A DNA stretch of 11,167 nt from Oculatellaceae cyanobacterium bins.114 (GTDB lineage Bacteria; Cyanobacteriota; Cyanobacteriia; Elainellales; Elainellaceae): contig JANRJA010000167.1 of NCBI GenBank assembly GCA_033764315.1, positions 1 through 11,167 of the forward strand. The letters are read 5' to 3'. Positions 7,752-11,167 of the stretch are shown one piece after another. A program made the position numbers and the translations under genes. The notes below the pieces were generated by a model. It had not been told where the DNA came from. It made no database searches and saw only the letters and a program-made list of their open reading frames with translations. Position 1 is the stretch's first letter. Every line of letters begins with the position of its first letter.

Positions 7752-8177
7752 TTACCCTAAGTTTGATCGTCCTTTGAGGTAGTCTGTCACCAGGTTTCTA
7801 AGCTCTACTAAGCCTGCTGTCAGTTGAGCGATCGCCTGCATATTGACTTCTTGTTGAGCCTCAATCCTTTCCATGCGTTCTGTGTGGCGTTGCGTTGCGG
7901 CTTCTTGTTCTGCCTGCCACTCTTCGTGTTCTGTGATGCGTCGTTCGTGTGCGGCTTGCCACTCGTTATGTCGGGCGATCGCGGCTTCCTGCTGTCTCTG
8001 CCACTCTTCGTGTTCTGCGATGCGCTGTTCGTGTCGGGCGACTCCTTCGGAGAGCGTTGCTAACGCCTCACTCTGATTGTCGTTGGTGCGCTCGTGCCGT
8101 AGGTTGGACGCTGCGATTTCGAGCATTAAGGCTTCGAGTCGAGCAATGCGGCTGTTGGTATCACTAGTTTGGGTCAC
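7752..8177 (-). CDS. Coiled-coil protein with internal repeats (141 aa from GTG 8177; TTG 8192 alternative)
   Basis: HEQRIAEHEEWQ / HERRITEHEEWQ; ctgccactcttcgtgttctg occurs at 7914 and 7998 (84-bp period); the GTG aligns with the conserved leader seen in neighbours. Confidence 0.8.
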   Translation of the reverse strand: MTQTSDTNSRIARLEALMLEIAASNLRHERTNDNQSEALATLSEGVARHEQRIAEHEEWQRQQEAAIARHNEWQAAHERRITEHEEWQAEQEAATQRHTERMERIEAQQEVNMQAIAQLTAGLVELRNLVTDYLKGRSNLG

Positions 8178-8243
8178 GGTTGTAAATCTCAAATCAAAAT
8201 GACAAATGAAAAAACGTAGGGACTAGCTTAGTAGCTAATCCCT
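8175..8243 (-). promoter_or_regulatory. Conserved leader: hairpin + U-tract + UUUGUCAU + GAGAUUUACAACC-GUG
   Basis: Stem 8218-8243 (its mismatch is a G-U pair only on the minus strand); atgacaaatg at 8199-8208. Confidence 0.7.
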
Positions 8244-8272
8244 GATGATGTCTACCGCTTGTTGTGTTGAAT

Positions 8273-8713
8273 TCAAATGGTGCAAGCCATCGATTGAATG
8301 CACTCATCGGGGGTCTGTGAGAGCGACCCTTGCGGTAACGGCAAAGCCGCCCGCCTTAAGTAGTTAAAGATTCTCACCATCTGCTCACAGTCATCTTCAA
8401 TGGTGGTTGTTGCCTGCCTGGTGGCTGTTTGTGTGGTTGTTGTGGGTGCCGCTGTGGATACAGCTATGCGTCTGGCTTCAAGGGTTTGAAGTAGTTCAGG
8501 AGCTTGAGTGCGCGATAGCCTCCACTTGCCCTTAGATAATTCAGTTGTCACCACATCGCCTGCCTTAAGAAAGTCGGCTATGCCTCCAGCTTTCCAGTAG
8601 AGCCGCTCGTCTCTGTTGGCATCTATCGCTACTACAGTTGTGAACTGTGGTTCATATTGAGATTGAGCATTCTTAGCATCAAATTTGCAGGTAGCGAAAA
8701 CAAGAGTCTGCAT
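8273..8713 (-). CDS. Hypothetical protein (146 aa): beta-rich N-terminus, Thr-rich linker, helical C-terminus; possibly slightly truncated
   Basis: ATG 8713 follows the 30-bp hairpin element; the frame continues IQHNKR-TAG after the TGA. Confidence 0.7.
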   Translation of the reverse strand: MQTLVFATCKFDAKNAQSQYEPQFTTVVAIDANRDERLYWKAGGIADFLKAGDVVTTELSKGKWRLSRTQAPELLQTLEARRIAVSTAAPTTTTQTATRQATTTIEDDCEQMVRIFNYLRRAALPLPQGSLSQTPDECIQSMACTI

Positions 8714-8730
8714 GGTTTTGTTCTGGGGAT

Positions 8731-8760
8731 AATGCCGGGGCGTTACTCCCGGCTGTACGC
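8731..8760. repeat. 30-bp hairpin element, copy 1
   Basis: aatgccggggcgttactcccggctgtacgc, identical to 9572-9601. Confidence 0.95.
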
Positions 8761-9092
8761 TAGTCGTAATCAGGGATGATGATTTCAACGGGTAATCGTT
8801 GGTAGTTAAGAATCTTGCCTTTGGAGTTCAGGCAAACTCTGAACCGTTGGATGTGACAGACTTTGCTGCGACCCCTAGCGGGTATCTCGGAGAGATCGCC
8901 ATCCATTTGGTGAACGGTGCGTTCAAACGTGAGGAACCAGTCACGCTTGTTGATGTGCCTCACTGCCTCAACTAACCAGTAGTCACGCTTGAATTGGTTT
9001 GCAACTTTGCGTTGATCTAGTGTGGCTCTGGCATTAAATCCATGTAGGTTAGAGGCTTTGATTTTTTCCAATGGCTCTAGGTTTTTGATCAT
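8760..9092 (-). CDS. Hypothetical basic protein (110 aa)
   Basis: ATG 2 bp after the upstream stop; its stop codon abuts the 30-bp element. Confidence 0.72.
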   Translation of the reverse strand: MIKNLEPLEKIKASNLHGFNARATLDQRKVANQFKRDYWLVEAVRHINKRDWFLTFERTVHQMDGDLSEIPARGRSKVCHIQRFRVCLNSKGKILNYQRLPVEIIIPDYD

Positions 9093-9094
9093 GC

Positions 9095-9547
9095 CTAGTC
9101 ATCCGTTAGAGTGTTATCTTTGGCAGCGTCAATGCCTCGCATCGCCTCACGGCAAAGTGAAACAATTTCCTCATGGGGCGTTGTGCGTCGGTTGGTCAGC
9201 TCAAAGTAGCGACTGCCAATCCTGCAAAAGATGGTATGTAAGTCTAAGGTAGTTGCCTCGCAAATCATGAAGGATTCGCCACCACTGCCACTGCGCCAAC
9301 GCATCGGCGGCATGATGTTGATCATCTCGTCCCAACGCTCGTAAGTAACCTCGACTGGGGGCGTGATGGTGTTCTCGTAGGTGATTCGCTCAATCTCCTG
9401 AAAGGCTTCGTCAAAATCCCAGATCTCAGCGTCTGGATAGCGTTGGCAGATTTGCTCGAGCGATTCACCTTCGATGAATGACAAGCCAGTATCAGCATCG
9501 ATGGTGTCAATGATGTGAGTTGAACCAGGAACGTAGAAGCATTGCAT
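9095..9547 (-). CDS. DUF1419-like protein (150 aa)
   Basis: PVEVTYERWDEMINIMPPMRW...ESFMICEATTLDLHTIFCRIGSRYFE resembles the recalled DUF1419 pattern; AAGGA RBS upstream. Confidence 0.65.
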   Translation of the reverse strand: MQCFYVPGSTHIIDTIDADTGLSFIEGESLEQICQRYPDAEIWDFDEAFQEIERITYENTITPPVEVTYERWDEMINIMPPMRWRSGSGGESFMICEATTLDLHTIFCRIGSRYFELTNRRTTPHEEIVSLCREAMRGIDAAKDNTLTDD

Positions 9548-9571
9548 GGTGGAAATTTCCTTTAAACGACA

Positions 9572-9601
9572 AATGCCGGGGCGTTACTCCCGGCTGTACG
9601 C
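9572..9601. repeat. 30-bp hairpin element, copy 2, joined to the UUUGUCGU leader motif
   Basis: Identical to 8731-8760; acgacaaatg at 9566-9575. Confidence 0.95.
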
Positions 9602-9607
9602 AGTGGG

Positions 9608-9811
9608 CTATTCTGAAACCTCGAAGCTGATGACTAGCTGTGATTGCGTAGGAACAACCTCTGCTGCATCGACTCGGTAGCCTGGGCTTGCTCTCCAGCG
9701 GTCAAGCTTGCGCTGAACCACTTTTGAGGCTTTTACTAACGGGTCGTCGTCACCTGTTTTTGGTGGTTGCAACATGAGTCGGATCAGGTTGTCATCTGTG
9801 GGGTGAGCCAT
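9608..9811 (-). CDS. Hypothetical protein (67 aa)
   Basis: TAATG overlap with the upstream gene; stop 6 bp before the 30-bp element. Confidence 0.6.
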   Translation of the reverse strand: MAHPTDDNLIRLMLQPPKTGDDDPLVKASKVVQRKLDRWRASPGYRVDAAEVVPTQSQLVISFEVSE

Positions 9812-10029
9812 TAGAACGACACCTCCTCAACGAACCAGTTACAACGAGCGGCAAAGTTGCTCTCTGACTCAAGCAGACACGGCAGATCAACTGAAGCCCT
9901 GAGCTTGCAATAGCTAGGAGCTTGAATCGAAATACCAAACAGCGACAACTCTCGCGCTGGCTGGAAGTGCTTGCACATTCCGCAGACTGGCTGAACTTGA
10001 ACTGAATCAATCTGTGAGAGACTAGACAT
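9811..10029 (-). CDS. Small Cys-rich (CxxC...C...C...C) putative metal-binding protein (72 aa)
   Basis: VCGMCKHF...YCKLR...PC...RCNWFVEEVSF; GAGG RBS inside the conserved leader. Confidence 0.7.
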   Translation of the reverse strand: MSSLSQIDSVQVQPVCGMCKHFQPARELSLFGISIQAPSYCKLRASVDLPCLLESESNFAARCNWFVEEVSF

Positions 10030-10106
10030 GTTGTGAACCTCATTCACGACAAATGGAAAAAACTAAAGCGATCGCCTCGTACACGCATATGCCGGGGCGA
10101 TCGCTT
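10027..10106 (-). promoter_or_regulatory. Conserved leader: hairpin built from two HIP1 sites + U-tract + UUUGUCGU + GAGGUUCACAAC-AUG
   Basis: aagcgatcgcctcg...cggggcgatcgctt stem 10066-10106; acgacaaatg at 10046-10055. Confidence 0.7.
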
Positions 10107-10157
10107 CTTTATTGCCATGAGCAGATTTGTAATGCGCCTGTGGCTCGGCGCGGTGAA

Positions 10158-10595
10158 CTATTTAATCGGGCAACTGCATAACCCTCTGGCGATCGCTTCA
10201 AACTCTGGTCTGATGCTTTTGCCCTCTAGCCAATCGGCGCAATATTCAGCGATCAACCATGCATCGAGAACGCTGTAAATCGGAACCAGTGACCCGTAGA
10301 AGTAGTTCACAATCTCGTCTCTGGTTGGGTGAGGCTGTGGCGTGTGGGCATGAGCTACCCCAAGATGCCTGCGGATCAACCTCATATAAATCGCCTTGGC
10401 GTTGGGGCTAATGGTGCAAAGCTTTGAATCGCTTAACCCTGGCTTGTACCGAATGACCAATTCCAATCGAGCGGCGATCGCAAACTGCAACTTACTCACT
10501 CGCTCGTAGTCGTAGTGCATCCCTCGGTAAAGGGTGAGGAATGCGAAGTGGTGGTAAGCGGCAGCAATGTCGAAGCGGTCGAAGTATGTAAACAC
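10158..10595 (-). CDS. Hypothetical protein (145 aa), phage-like YFDRFDI N-terminus
   Basis: GTG start with GAGG RBS in the conserved leader; YFDRFDIAAAYHHFA...ISPNAKAIYMRL. Confidence 0.75.
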   Translation of the reverse strand: MFTYFDRFDIAAAYHHFAFLTLYRGMHYDYERVSKLQFAIAARLELVIRYKPGLSDSKLCTISPNAKAIYMRLIRRHLGVAHAHTPQPHPTRDEIVNYFYGSLVPIYSVLDAWLIAEYCADWLEGKSIRPEFEAIARGLCSCPIK

Positions 10596-10650
10596 GATGT
10601 AAACCTCAAAAACGACAAACGAAAAAGCTGAGAGCCGAAGCCCTCAGCTA
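10593..10650 (-). promoter_or_regulatory. Conserved leader: UUCG hairpin + U-tract + UUUGUCGU + GAGGUUUACAUC-GUG
   Basis: Minus strand agctgagggc-ttcg-gctctcagct-ttttcgtttgtcgtttttgaggtttacatcgtg. Confidence 0.75.
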
Positions 10651-10668
10651 GAAACCGACTAAACGAAC

Positions 10669-11026
10669 TCACGCGCCAAACACCCAGAAGCCAGCACCAA
10701 CCGAGCGGAAACCCCAAGCAGGAACCCAAGTGGAACACGGAACCCAAACCACAACGGGCAACCGAAGCCCACAGGCAAAGGCAACCGAAGCCCACGAACC
10801 GGAACCCAACCCACAGAAGCAGCGAGAGGACAGGGGAGAAGGAGCCAACCCAACCGGACACGGCTGACCGGGGAACGAAACCAACACGCCACCAGCAGCA
10901 GCAAGAGCACGAACAAACCGAATGGAACGAGCGGCAAACGCCCCACGACCGGAACCCTCAACCCGGAAAACCTCAGCACCTGGCAACGCAGACCGCACTG
11001 ACGAGTCAACACCCCGCGCGTCACCG
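10669..11026 (-). pseudogene. 3' part of a SLOG/DprA(Smf)-like Rossmann-fold gene, interrupted by an IS
   Basis: GDARGVD, FAARSIRFV, VLVSFPG and GSGSWASVAFA match SLOG-superfamily motifs; the MKFHTENC start in the ORF track is IS-derived. Confidence 0.7.
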
Positions 11027-11167
11027 CAGCAATTCTCAGTATGGAATTTCAACTGGTGTTGGGTGGGATCTCCAACTCTAGACCTTCAAGCATAAAGGTG
11101 AGCAGATGATCCCAACTGTCGAAATACAGATAACGGGTCAAGGCTCGCAAGTCATCGAAGAAGGTCT
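11027..11167 (-). mobile_element. End of an insertion sequence (ISNCY-like), continues outside window
   Basis: Abrupt compositional change at 11027; terminus CAGCAATTCTCA; transposase-like C-terminus ends 22 bp inside. Confidence 0.7.
11049..11165 (-). CDS. Transposase C-terminus (partial)
   Basis: TFFDDLRALTRYLYFDSWDHLLTFMLEGLELEIPPNTS* resembles recalled C-termini of cyanobacterial ISNCY transposases. Confidence 0.7.
   Translation of the reverse strand, partial: TFFDDLRALTRYLYFDSWDHLLTFMLEGLELEIPPNTS

Noticed and set aside
7824..8167. Plus-strand ORFs opposite the coiled-coil gene
   Set aside because: Antisense shadows of a repetitive gene with no RBS or motif.
8216..8243. GTAG-led palindrome as a RAYT-associated REP
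   Set aside because: Single copy, no RAYT in view, and better explained as a minus-strand leader hairpin; not fully excluded.
8731..9601. 30-bp palindromic repeat as a CRISPR array or integron attC
   Set aside because: Only two copies, 811 bp between them with genes inside; no cas or integrase in view; no RYYYAAC...GTTRRRY ends.
10496..11024. Overlapping 121-aa minus-strand ORFs (10496-10861, 10659-11024)
   Set aside because: All stop codons contain A, so an A-poor strand is open in all three frames; only the 10669 frame has recognisable motifs.

Overview
Cyanobacterial DNA (about 19 HIP1 GCGATCGC sites in 11.2 kb, hand count) that looks like part of a plasmid, ICE or prophage-like element. 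Left (1-4632): cargo consisting of a large minus-strand NACHT NTPase with C-terminal 33-aa HEAT repeats (runs off the left edge, not in the ORF track) and a divergent membrane-anchored pentapeptide-repeat gene. Middle (4668-7696): a core with a divergent pair of small XRE-type HTH genes, a replication-initiator-like gene containing four 21-bp iterons, an unlisted RHH/DUF2811-like gene, two hypotheticals and an excisionase-like gene. No integrase is visible. Right (7752-11026): a minus-strand array of small accessory genes. Most units start with a shared leader (hairpin, usually a U-tract, UUUGUCGU, RBS), and one 30-bp hairpin element is exactly duplicated. The most upstream gene visible in this array is a SLOG/DprA-like gene whose coding strand is almost free of adenine (9 A in 357 nt); it is interrupted by an ISNCY-like IS at the right edge. 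All family assignments are from recalled motifs, not database searches.
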